Source: Elsinoe ampelina
Lineage: Eukaryota
Direction: 5' to 3'
DNA: 20,000 nucleotides
NCBI GenBank assembly: GCA_010093995.1
Contig: ML992530.1
Coordinates: forward strand, 48,542-68,541
The notes under the pieces were generated by a model. It was given only the letters and a program-made list of their open reading frames with translations, searched no databases and had not been told where the DNA came from. Below, one piece after another: positions 1-10,974 of this stretch (position 1 is the stretch's first letter; each line of letters opens with the position of its first letter). Both the position numbers and the translations under genes were made by a program.

Positions 1-250
1 AGAAGGAGTAAGCGCCATCATCACCGGTGTTCAAATGAGGCCCATCTCCCGAAGGATAAGTTCTGACCCTCTTTCATATACGAAGGGTTCTTATCTAGAG
101 TATTCCGTTTCGTTTCATAGCTCTGTCCCTCACGATCTCACTCGCTATCTACCCTCGCTCAGCAGCTCATCAGCAAACTCCCTGGACTTTGCAACCTTAC
201 CTGGTACACCCATATTCCACCTCACTCACTGATACTATACCCCACCAGCA

Positions 251-1315
251 ATGGCCATCTTCTCCAAGCTCAAGGGCTCCAAGGAGAAGAAAGATACCAA
301 GGCACCAAAAGACGACGAACCCAAAGCTCCGGTCAAGCGGGAACCATACATCCCAAGATACGCCGTTCGAGACGCTCTTCAATGTGCCCCTACGTCGTGG
401 AAGCAAGACAGCTATGATGCCTTCCGGAAAGCTCACCAAGAAAGATTCGCCAGAGAGCAAGGAGAGATGCACAATAATGGCTGGTCCAACCCCAAGCTGT
501 CCTCCAGACTGTCCATGTCGAGGAACTCCAGCGCTTTGTCAGTCGCCATGATGGATAGCAGTCGTCCATCTTCTTCCAGAGGACACTCGGCTCATCCTAC
601 TGGCTTTGCCTCCAGCTCGTCCAGCTATGTCAGCGTCTCTGGACTGGCCGCCGGTGATGTTCCTGTTCCCGCCATTCCGGCTCAGTACACTTCCCAGGCA
701 TCCACTCCTGGGCCGTCCACACCTCGCAGCCTCTCCCGTAGCTCCAGCTACCTCCAACCACAAAGCTTGGAGGCCCATCTCCAGTCAATGCCTTTGGCCA
801 GACCAAACCCACCCTTCCGCCACTCCTACGCCCACCCAAGTCCCACAGGCACACGGAAGCCCATGGGTCACAACTTTGGTGCGTTGCGTGAGGTCCCAAT
901 GTAAGACTTGACTGACAAATCTACAGGATCTACTCCAATGGAGTCGCCAGATGAGACACCAACTGACAGCCGCTCGACGTCTCCAAATGACAATGTCAAC
1001 CTGTCTTCTTCTGCATCCACCTCGTCAGACTCTTCCGGAGAAGTGGTCGAGATTCCATCAAGACATGGCTCCCCTCACGACTCTCCCATGGTGACTCCTG
1101 TGGTTGCGCAAAAGGAGCGCATCTACCCTATGGATCCTCGCAAGCTCGGCAAGGCCCCTGTCATCACTATCGAGGAGTCGACACCACCGGCCAAGAAGTA
1201 CTTTGCTCACTCTACTAAGCCTATCGACGTGGCACCGACTTCGCCCCAAGCACCACCCCAGAAGAAGGCTCGGTTCAGTCTGATCCGCAGAAGTCAAGCT
1301 GTGTCCGCCCACTAG
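251..1315 (+). CDS. Hypothetical Ser/Pro-rich, probably disordered protein, 338 aa, 2 exons (251-878, 927-1315)
   Basis: ORFs 251-904 and 908-1315 join in frame via a 48-nt intron 879-926 (GTGCGT donor, ACTGAC branch at 911-916, TACAG acceptor), reading ...HNF-G-STPMESP. ATG context GCAATGG. Basic N-terminus (MAIFSKLKGSKEKK) and C-terminal KKARFSLIRR. No domain recognised. Confidence 0.8.
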
Positions 1316-2599
1316 ACTCTGTGCTACCACTTGTGACTATACGACCTTACAACATACGACCTAAATCTTTAATGACTTTCCCTCATCAAACTTGGCATGG
1401 AACTATAGACGGACACACTCCCTTCGACAGATCAGCGATGACGATATGACCTCGGGATTTGGAATGCGTTTGGTATGACATTGGCTTTGACGGAACAATG
1501 TCTGAGTGAAGAAGGCTCTGAACAGGTTCACTCCTATCTTGAAATGACGCCAGGGCTGGTCCCATGCACAAACACTATAGAATTGAGACTATCAAAACCT
1601 ACTTTCTGACTTCAATTTCCATCTGACATGCACGTGTGGATCCAAGAGATTGGAAAGCAGGGAAACACGAGACAGACCTGATCTGGCATTTGCGGCCGCA
1701 CAAGGTTCGCCTGTGCATGAGAACACCGGTGCCTGCATCATGCATGCCTGGCTCTTGGAGCGGACGCACAGCACATGCGAGGCAGTTGAAGGCCAAGATC
1801 CAGGGGCAGGAGGGGGATGCTGATCTTCATTTTCCACGTGCAGAGAGCAGAGAGAGAAGCTGATCCGGAGAGGTGCATACTCAAGGCAGACTTGCTCCTC
1901 ACTACCAACCTTCTTGGTCCATCCCAGGATATCTGAAGTTGCGCGGGTCGGATTACGTTGAGATCCTTCCCGTGGCGCGTTGCTGGCCGGACGTTGCTGA
2001 ACCAGCGGACGAGAGACTATGGGAAAGGAGACTTCCCGCCGCAACAGGACGCCATTGAAGTCATTGCCGGCCATCGAATCGCTGGATGTCCAAGATCGAT
2101 GCTTGCCTCCCGTCGGCGCCTTCCGTCAAAGATTGATGAATGGCAAGGTTGATATCAAATGATCCACGCTCGGGTTTGAAGATCAGCAGATCAGAAAAAT
2201 CCCGACCCATTCTTCGGGAAAGACCTCGACCTGTTCACCCACGCTGCTAGACTCGTTTCATCCTAGCACGATTAACCCTCACATGATGACTCGTGCGGTC
2301 TGGAACCAATCACTGCTGTCCACAGCGCTCGTCGGCCCCTCAATTTTTCACGTGCGCTGAGATTTTCGGGTGGGCTGCATGTGCCATGTGAGCAACCCTG
2401 CCCGAGCGGCGAAGTATACATTTTCGTGGAGGTCTTTTCTTTCCTTGTACTACCACATCACCACCCAGTTCGACACAATTGCTTGCGGGCGACTTTGGAG
2501 GGTTTGCGTCCGCTTTGCTTAGAAACCCTTCCACGTGTGATTTAACCTAAACTTCAAGAGGTCTTATCAGAGCAAAGAGCCAGGAAAGGATACTTCATC

Positions 2600-3829
2600 A
2601 TGCAGTCCCAGGACAACAATATCTCTGCCTACGACGAGCAGGCGACCGCCGAGCGCGTCAATGTCGTTCCCAAGGGCATTGACGGTACCAATGGCTCCAC
2701 CGACAGCTCTGCCAACAGCCATGCTCACGGCGCCCCTGAGCTGGTAGACAAAGACGAACCAACCCCTCCAGTGACCACCGACACCTCACGTCGCGGGCAG
2801 TGGTTCGCCTACCTCAGGACTCGCAATTTTTGGATCGTCCTCGCCCTATCTCAGACCATCACTCTCTGCCAGACCGGCACCAACACCTTCACTGGCCTGT
2901 TGGCGCAGGAAGGCACCTCCATCCCCGCCTTCCAGACCTTCTTCGTCTACGTCCTGCTCAACCTAGTCTACACCGTCTACACCATCTACAAGTACGGCTT
3001 CAAAGGCTGGTTCAAGCTCATCATCAAGGACGGCTGGCGCTACCTCATCCTCGCCTTCTTCGACGTCGAGGGCAACTACTTCATCGTCCTCGGATACCGC
3101 TACACCACCATCCTCTCCGCCCAACTCATCGGCTTCTGGACCATCGTCGTAGTCGTGGCCCTGTCCTTTGCGTTCCTCAAAGTCCGCTACCACGTCGCGC
3201 AGTACGTCGGCATCCTCATCTGCTGCGGCGGCTTCGGCGTGCTCATCGCATCCGACCACATCACGGGTTCCAACGGCGGCCAGGCGTCCAGCGAAGTCAA
3301 GGGCGACCTGTTCATCCTCCTCGCGGCGACACTGTACGGCTTCTCCAATGTCATCGAGGAGTTCCTCGTCTCCAAGCGTCCGCTGTATGAAGTCCTCGGC
3401 CAGCTTGCTTTCTACGGCATGTTCATCAATGGCGCCCAAGCCGGCATCTTCGACCGCAGCGCCTTCCGCAATGCGACCTGGAGCCCCAAGGTCGGCGGCT
3501 ACTTGACTGGCTACACCCTTCTGCTGTTCATCTTCTACTCACTCGCGCCCATCGTCTTCCGCATGGCTTCAGCGGCGTTCTTCAACATTGGTTTGCTGAC
3601 TGGCAGCTTCTGGGGCGTGGCGATTGGCGTCAAGGTCTTTGGGTACAGCATTCACTGGATGTACCCGATCGCGTTTGTGTTGATCATCGTGGGCTTCTTC
3701 GTGTACTACGGCACTGAAGGGGTGTTGGGGGATGCGAAGAAGCCTTGGTTGGGGGAGAATCAGGAGCAGGGTGTTGCCGGCGTGGGCACGGCGAGGAGGC
3801 GGATGGAGAATCCTGGTGTGATCGTTTAG
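2600..3829 (+). CDS. SLC35F-family (DUF914, DMT superfamily) multi-pass membrane transporter, SLC35F1/F2-like, 409 aa, intronless
   Basis: Long ORF with strong C-ending codon bias and about 10 hydrophobic segments. Family-typical motifs: SIPAFQTFFVYVLL, WRYLILAFFDVEGNYFIVLGYRYTTILSAQL, GD..ILLAATLYGFSNVIEEFLV, SAAFFNIGLLT. Confidence 0.9.
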   Translation: MQSQDNNISAYDEQATAERVNVVPKGIDGTNGSTDSSANSHAHGAPELVDKDEPTPPVTTDTSRRGQWFAYLRTRNFWIVLALSQTITLCQTGTNTFTGLLAQEGTSIPAFQTFFVYVLLNLVYTVYTIYKYGFKGWFKLIIKDGWRYLILAFFDVEGNYFIVLGYRYTTILSAQLIGFWTIVVVVALSFAFLKVRYHVAQYVGILICCGGFGVLIASDHITGSNGGQASSEVKGDLFILLAATLYGFSNVIEEFLVSKRPLYEVLGQLAFYGMFINGAQAGIFDRSAFRNATWSPKVGGYLTGYTLLLFIFYSLAPIVFRMASAAFFNIGLLTGSFWGVAIGVKVFGYSIHWMYPIAFVLIIVGFFVYYGTEGVLGDAKKPWLGENQEQGVAGVGTARRRMENPGVIV

Positions 3830-4213
3830 GGGAGAGATTGAGTTATGATTGTCATGACTGTGTGCTTGGGATAGATAGGAGATAGTATTTGGAGAATACA
3901 TAATGTGTGCGCTAGGTGGGGCCCGGTCAGGCATGTGCGAACTTGTCGGTAATGAGGAGCAGAGGTCCGATGCGGTGAAGGTGAAGTGAAGGTGAGGTGA
4001 GTACTGGACCATCGGGAGCATGTGAAAGGTAAACACACTAGTCCTGTTGTGGAATGGCTGCGTTTGGTGGCGAGGTGAGTTTTCCTTTGATACATGACCT
4101 TGAATCTCCTGCATTCTCTTTCACCACCTCCATCACCTCCTCACCAGCTCTTCGGACTATTTCAGACACACCTACAAGAGGTGTCGTGATCTCAGGTCGC
4201 ATTTTCGATCGAG

Positions 4214-5801
4214 ATGGCCGATCAAGATGACGTGGACGGTACTCACGCAGGTCCAGTCCGGATACGCGCCGTGATCACCGTCGATCGCATCAACCGCATC
4301 GAAGAGGATATGGACGAAGCTTCTCAGCAAAGGCTGTCGGTCTGGCGTAAGAAGGCAGCATTCGGGAGCGCCATGGCCTTTCATACGTTATACGAGCCGG
4401 ATCTCGGTGTTGTACTCAATAATACGCTCCAATTCTTAGATTCGTTGGTGAGCTTCCCGTTGTACTCAACCAGACTCGTTCAGCAACTAACAATCATCCA
4501 GGAATCATCTGAGTGGGAGAATGCTGTGTGCGGAAAGGCCTTCAAAGTTGGCACATCGACAGACGACAAGCGAGCAGGCGGAGTTGGGAGCGGATTCTGG
4601 CCGGTACGGATCTCCGAGATGAGCAGCAGATTCCGACCTTGACTGACTATGAATAGGTGGAGGAGACGGACAAGTACTATTCAGATGTTCAGGCTGATAT
4701 GGCGTCATTCATGCAGCAATTCAAATCAGACTTCGCGGACGTCAAACCAGGAGAGCGACCACTCTGGGGCAGCGTCCTCATCAAATTGGCTGGCGTCGTG
4801 CTACCTACACCTAGCACCCTCCTCTACGTGCAACATAACCTAAAGGAATCGCTCTCGCCGGACAAGTTCGCCAACAACCTGGAAAAGCTGGTCGATACGG
4901 TCAAAGAATACCAGTGGCGCAGTGTTCATGTCAAAGCAGGTCAGGTCCTGAGCAGCGGCGAGGCGATCCAGCAGCTTTGTCACATCTATCACATCCTCGT
5001 CACCCTCCAACAGGACGATCTGGCCGCCGACATCAAGTCTGCTATGCTGCACGTCCATTTCTATGAGCATTACGATCGCTTGTGTGCCGACTTCTCCGCG
5101 AACGGATATGGAACCAACGAATCCCACATGGAGTCTCGAGAGGTCGGACAGCAAGCTGCAGACTTCCCAGACACATTCATTGACCACCTGCTGGAATGCT
5201 TGATTCCAACTACGACAAAGTTTGCCGTCTCAGAGATGGGAAAGCAACGTGAGGTTGCCAGGCTGAATGTTGACCATTTCAAAAGCAAAGGAGAAAAGCT
5301 CTGCATATGGACTCGTGAATTCGGTATCGGCTTCACCTGGTTTCTACTATGTGCAAATTGGGAGCAGAGGTATGCAATGTCGAGAGCAAAGTGTTCGTCA
5401 TTAACCATTTCAGTCCTCACAATGTCAATCAACAAGACATCAGCCTCATAGCAGCCATGATCAACAAAGATGATCCCAGCATTCGCCAGTTGTCCACACT
5501 CATCTACAACAACCTACTAGCCTACCTAGTAGAGCCGAATCGTGCCGGGAAGATCGTACCAAAACTGCGTCTCAGCACACTGCCGAAGGATAAGTGGCAC
5601 GCGGTATCCCTCATGGTGCTTGCAAGCCGTGATACAATCAACGTCATCAAAGGATTCCCACCTAGAAATGACGACGTCCTCGAGTACCCAAGGGAACACC
5701 TGATATTCGAGAATGAAGCCCAACTGGCTATTTACAACGAGAGCTTCACCGACCTGGATCCTCGTCCTATGATTCCACAGTACCACAAGACAACTACTTA
5801 G
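4214..5801 (+). CDS. Hypothetical orphan protein, ~478 aa, 4 exons (4214-4447, 4502-4603, 4657-5369, 5414-5801)
   Basis: ORFs 4214, 4657 and 5349 are joined in frame by canonical introns: 4448-4501 (GTGAGC..ACTAAC..CCAG, 54 nt), 4604-4656 (GTACGG..CTGAC..ATAG, 53 nt) and 5370-5413 (GTATGC..ATTAAC..TCAG, 44 nt). Total 1437 nt. The 3' end is less certain. Confidence 0.75.
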
Positions 5802-6433
5802 CCAAAGAAATGAGCGGTACCAGGACGCTTTCTCCCAGCTCCCTGCGTCCGAAACCTCGCAAGGCAGATGGAGTCAAGGATGCTCGTCCAGAGGCTACGA
5901 GGCCAAACTGCCGAATCGGAGCTGCTGGACACCGAGGGTAGGAAAGGGACTGAATATACCAGGAGGCCGAGGATGATTTCAGATCAGCTCTTGACTCCAT
6001 GGATAGTACCGGTCAAAGTAGGCGCGATACGTCAGCTTGTAATATATGGTTCCTAGGTCAGATAGGATAGACTTGTCAAATGCGACGTCTCACATTGGAA
6101 CCCCAATTGTTGCGTGACCACCTCGAATCCAAGCCAGCCTGAAATATTACCCTATCATGCGTTCGTCCTCTCCACCCCTGTCTGGAGTCAGCGATGACGT
6201 TTCATTCGAGGAGCAACCTACAAGATCTCTAGGATTCTGCTGCTCTGCCTCAAAAAGGAATGGGCCTCAGTCCCTGGCGTCTGCCCTGACACGCTGGGCA
6301 GTGTACCGCCGCAAAGTACCACCCCCTACGCTACTAAAGCTGCCGCTGTTTGCGCTCATACATGCATCTACTACCACCATGCCTGTGTCATCGGTCTTCC
6401 CTTTCTTTCTTGATCTCTATCGATATTCAAATG

Positions 6434-6474
6434 ACGCACTCACAGGTTATCGGCACGCACTCATAGGGTATCGG
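6434..6474. repeat. Short tandem duplication, 21-bp period, two copies
   Basis: ACGCACTCACAGGTTATCGG (6434-6453) and ACGCACTCATAGGGTATCGG (6455-6474), 18/20 identical. Confidence 0.7.
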
Positions 6475-7608
6475 AAGCATGTGCAACTACACCGAGCACA
6501 TATTTCTGCCTCTACTCATCTCCCTTTCACACCGCATCCGGTCTTTTCCTAACCCTGCATCTGATTGTCATCATCCCGCACTGCTAGAGTTCTGGAGTCT
6601 AGCATCATATGCACGATATCGCTCACAACGACTTCGAAAGAGTACCACAGACTTGAGCCTGTCCTTTGTAACAAACAGGATATCTTCGAGCGTACGGAAT
6701 GCCTCATTTCGTTTGCTATTCGGCCGAATAGCAAATCCCATAACTCGAATAGCAGCAGACAGACTGAAGGAAACGAGAATAGTGAATGACTAAGAAAGAA
6801 GGAGATGACGGACTAAGAGCTCCCACACAAGTTTGAGTACCATGATGACTTGCCAATCACGGAATGGTGGGCAATGAGTAGCTTGATCGATGGGGCTGTG
6901 AGAAAGACAGTTGGGATAGATGTTGAGGCATAGCAACAGAGGATTAATGCTAGGAGAACCCGGGTGGCTAGACGACTACAGGGACTTGCTTTCTGCGGAA
7001 GGGGCAGTGTCGATTGCTATTATACCTGGTAGGACATCAATACATCGGACTACAAGAGCCTAGGACACCGAAGGTGAAACCCAGCTAAAGGGTGAGACCG
7101 TACAAGCGTTAACCCTGTAGTGATAACGTCGGAAAGTGGGTGGGCGGGACGGCCCTAGAGTCTGGAAGGAACTAGAAGGTCCAAGTACTCAGGAACCAAA
7201 TCGCTAGCAAGACAGGCTCAGGACATAGTCTAACAGAAGTGGTGGCATCCAGCGCGAGAGGACATTGTAGTATGTAACCGTTGAACTACCAGAAGTGGTC
7301 TTGTTTTCGGGAGAAGCTCACCACATGACCTGCCGCATACCAACAGCATGGTGAAGTGAGGCGAGGGATCTGGTAGGATGTGGAGATAAGGAAGTATCAG
7401 AGAACATGATACAGTCAAGTGAGCTCACTTACGCCGCTGCCGATTGACGATGATACCATTCACAGTTCATGAACCTCTGGTAGGAAAAGATACTGAAATA
7501 CTACCAGAATAAACATCCATGGGTTGGATGCGTAGAGCGTTAGTCCAGGCCACCTTTTCGGATCTCGCGTGGCCACCGCAGTCGTTCGTGGAAAGAGTGA
7601 CCAGCCAC

Positions 7609-8482
7609 TTACTCATCCATCTTCACACCGACATCGCCTGCATCCTTTGTGGACTTGCTCAACTCCTGCTGCTGATCTTGCATGTCTTCGTCGCTCGCCA
7701 CGCTCGATTCCGGTGTAGGACTATCGTGCGCTTCCATATCCGCATCTGTGAGCTGGCGATTATCGTATCTGACAGCTTTCTGGATTCCACGCTCGGCAAA
7801 ATATGCGCGGATTCGGGCATCGCCTGAAGTGGTCAGAGTGATAACGGATCCTTGGCAGGGTGTACGAACCAGCTCGAGGATCGATAGTTTCCCAGGCTGA
7901 GATCACCTCCGGGATCCACGGCTCACCGGCTGTCAGACATTAGTACGTCTAAGTCGTGTCAGACGGCGTTGTAGGGGAGTTCTCACAATCGTCGCAGATG
8001 TCGTCCGCTTCTATGTTGGCAGCGACTATAGCGATTTAGTCATCCATCAGAGGTGAGCACACATGCTCAATACCTTCAGCATGGAGGGCGCGAAGGGCCT
8101 TGGTCTGGAGCACATGGATCCTTGGTGTCTTCTTGACATCCTCGGCTGCCTATCGCATGTCAATCGCGGCCCGTTGTCCTCTATATCCATTACCGACTTC
8201 GGCACCAGTCAGCGCGGTCTGACTTTGCTCTTCTGCTGGCTCCTTCTCGACATCGAGCCTGTAATGTCTGCTCGCGGGACTCTCACTCGTCGAAGCCACC
8301 GCCGGTTGCGCTTCTGCTTCTTCCGGCAGCTCTGTTGTACCCCCAATCTTGCGCCTCTTGTAGGGGTTCCCGTGGCGATGTGACGAGACACCTATGATGT
8401 GAATATGTGTTTACACATGGAAAGTATGCGCCGTACCTCCAGCCTCCTTGCTTCCATTATCTCTGCCACGACCCTTGGCCAT
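7609..8482 (-). CDS. Hypothetical orphan protein, 209 aa, 6 exons (8482-8437, 8391-8194, 8145-8074, 8025-7987, 7929-7870, 7823-7609), with a putative NLS and an acidic tail
   Basis: Manually spliced with five GT-AG introns of 45, 48, 48, 57 and 46 nt (donors GTACGG, GTAATG, GTATTG, GTGAGA, GTTCGT). They give one open 630-nt frame from GACATGG to TAA: MAKGRGRDNGSKEAGGVSSHRHGNPYKRRKIGG...GEPWIPEVISAWETIDPRAGDARIRAYFAERG...VKMDE. Confidence 0.72.
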
Positions 8483-8925
8483 GTCTTCTTGTTGTCATTG
8501 ACGGACTGGAATGTGATGCGCAAGACCAGTCTACAGGAAGGCAGTGTGGATGTGAGAGGTGAGGAATTATCACTTGTCAGAAAGTCGGTGATCTGGAATC
8601 ACAAGCATGCCCAACCAAATGGTCATTCGGATCGACCACTAAGAAACCTTATTCCACACGTCTCGCTATATTACCTTGTACTACCAGCTCACCCTCCACC
8701 TTGAAGGCGATCCGACCGTTCTTGAAAGTGCATAGAAGAAAAGATGAAATAGATGTCAGAAGAAGAAAAAATCTGGTAGGTACTTCCTAAATTTCCCACT
8801 TCTGCGACCACATGCCGACACCCTCCTGGTAGGATGTCTCATGGGTATCGTTCTCCAGTCCCATGATCCAGGACAGTCCCACCACGGCAAGATGCGATCA
8901 CAGAAGAATGTAGACATACTCAGGT

Positions 8926-10080
8926 CTATAGGAGTGAGCTTCCGTCGCTTCCTGGTGGTAGTATCGTTGTGGTCTGGTAAACCTTGTCGACGATACTCCT
9001 GTCCTTGTCGACCTTGTCCATCTTTGGTAGAGTGCGATTTGCTTCAGCAGCAGCAAGTGCAGGTCCGTGCACACGTTTCTCGTGCTCTTTGCAGTTCGAG
9101 AACGTCTTGATCCAATAGCATGGGCAGAATCGGCATTTGTACTTCGCACCGTCGTGATTGCCTTCTCGGTGACGAAGTGCGTTCTCCATGGTGACGAGTT
9201 TCTGATGCTTACCACGGTGCTCGGCATTGGCAACGTATCCTTGATGCTCTGGCGCCTGGATCATGTACTGGTAAGCGGTACTACCAGCAATCCGCCCTTT
9301 GGTGATTGCTCTGAGCTTCTTGCGCAGAGTCTGGTAGTTTGGCTGCTCGTTGTTGGGGTCGAGGATACCGTCGAGCCGGTAGTAGGTCAGGTACGCACCT
9401 GGTCCTCTGCACTGTTTGAACCAGAAACTACCAGGTACTTTCTGGTACTTGTACTCGTTGATGGGGATGCTCTTCCACGGTAGAGAATCCGCCCAGACCA
9501 ACGATGAGGCGCGGAAACTTTGGCTGGACTTCTGTGCGGCTCGGAGGATCCTGGCAAGTGTCTTCTTCCTGATGAACTTCTCGATGTCCTTCGTGAAGGT
9601 TGAGGTCATCAGGATGGCGCACTTCGGCTTGGGCGCTCCAGGGGGCGAGTAGTAATAGTCGAGGACTTCCTTTCTCAGTTCTGCCCCATTCTCACATTCG
9701 TACTGGCTGTGTCGAGTATGGACGATCACTATGTCGCAGACTTGCTCTGCGGTAGATACAGGTGGCCTGGTGTATAGAGGAGTGAAGGCGCATGTCGCCG
9801 GCTTCTTTGGCACTTGATTTCGTGTCTAGACTTGCTCATCTAGGTCCAGCTGGTCGGCATATCCGATTTTAGTAAGGTCCACAGTAACCGTGAGTGGCCG
9901 AATGTCACTTCCGGATGTAGCACGGCTTGTGTCAATTTTGGTGAACTGGATGGTGTCCTCCTGTCTGCAGACTGGTTGACTTGTACGTGGGACAGTTGTA
10001 CCCGAGACTGTCGGCTCGAACCCGTCCCAATGGGAGATGGATGCTGCATTGAGCAACGATGCTGTCATTTCTGTCCACAT
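8926..10080 (-). CDS. Hypothetical protein with a C-terminal C2H2-type zinc finger; probable 69-nt GC-AG intron at 9835-9767, otherwise a nonsense-disrupted gene; start uncertain
   Basis: The 295-codon ORF 8926-9813 contains YKCRFCPCYWIKTFSNCKEHEKRVH (CxxC-x13-HxxxxH). ORF 9826-10119 is in the same frame, separated only by TAG at 9826-9828. GCAAGT...CCAG would remove this stop in phase. Candidate ATGs at 10080 and 10068. Confidence 0.6.
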
Positions 10081-10960
10081 GCTGGTAGTTTCTCGAGAAG
10101 CAGACCGTCGATATGGCAATACAATTACTAAGCCAATTCCGTCCTAATTTGCCCCTAATTTGACGTGAGGAATGGTGTACGTTCTGACCAGCCAACGTCT
10201 CGTTCCGCCGACTGAGGAACGAGATACGGACGACAGCTATCTGTTATCAGTATGTCTCCGCGGACAGCGAGTATCCTCGTTGGGCAGTCCCGTACGCCTA
10301 CGTTGGATAGCGTTTTGTCCCGGCTCCAAGCCCTTGGTCCTCTGTCTGGAAGTACTTGCAACAAGAGATGGCCCAGAAGCAATGCTCCCGATCTGTGCCG
10401 GATGCATTCAAGATGCATTCACTCGGTCCGGCCTCAACAGCGAAGCCTTCATCACTCTTGCGCCGCTTCGCCCATGTGAGTATGAGAAAATTCGAATGGC
10501 ATTCACGCTGTGGCAGGGTCGCTGCTTGTGAAGGGGATCTGCTATTCGATCTTGTGAGATAGTCGGATGCTCGTGCTGACACTGTCCAACGAGACTTCCG
10601 CCGACTTTCAGAATTCCCCGCAATCATGCCGTTCGTCAAGCGTGTCGCCACAACATCACACCGAAAAGACGAACAGGAGTCCAGCAACTGCCATAGTGAT
10701 GAATGTAAGAGGGAAGAGAGCGGAGAAGAAGCTCAAACGGAAAGGGAATGATAGAAGTTGGTCCTGATCCCTGCCCTGACCGTGTCGGGCCACACGACCC
10801 TGACGCGCCAATTTGCTTAGTCTCCGTGGTCTCTCCATTCAAAAAGACACTCTCGCGCCCTCGCCGTCGTCCCGTCGTCCTCGCTCTCGCTCAAGCTTCG
10901 CTTCCCTGCCTGCGGTGGTTTCCTCCCAAACCTCACCTCCGGTCCATATCGATCTCGGAC

Positions 10961-10965
10961 AAAAA
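10961..10965 (-). terminator. RNA polymerase III terminator (T5) of tRNA-Arg
   Basis: AAAAA on the + strand is TTTTT on the tRNA strand, about 10 nt past the discriminator base. Confidence 0.7.
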
Positions 10966-10974
10966 CCAAGCGGT

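Noticed and set aside
1386..2534. Short ORFs (60-160 aa) between the first gene and the transporter
   Set aside because: No codon bias, motifs or consistent splice model; most likely 3' UTR and promoter sequence.
2800..3506. Overlapping alternative-frame and antisense ORFs (196, 158 and 112 aa) inside the transporter gene
   Set aside because: Shadow ORFs caused by strong C-ending codon bias; Arg/His/Pro/Ser-rich translations with no independent signals.
6157..6793. ORFs of 131, 104 and 74 aa on the + strand
   Set aside because: No recognisable motifs or supporting splice structure; cannot be distinguished from chance ORFs.
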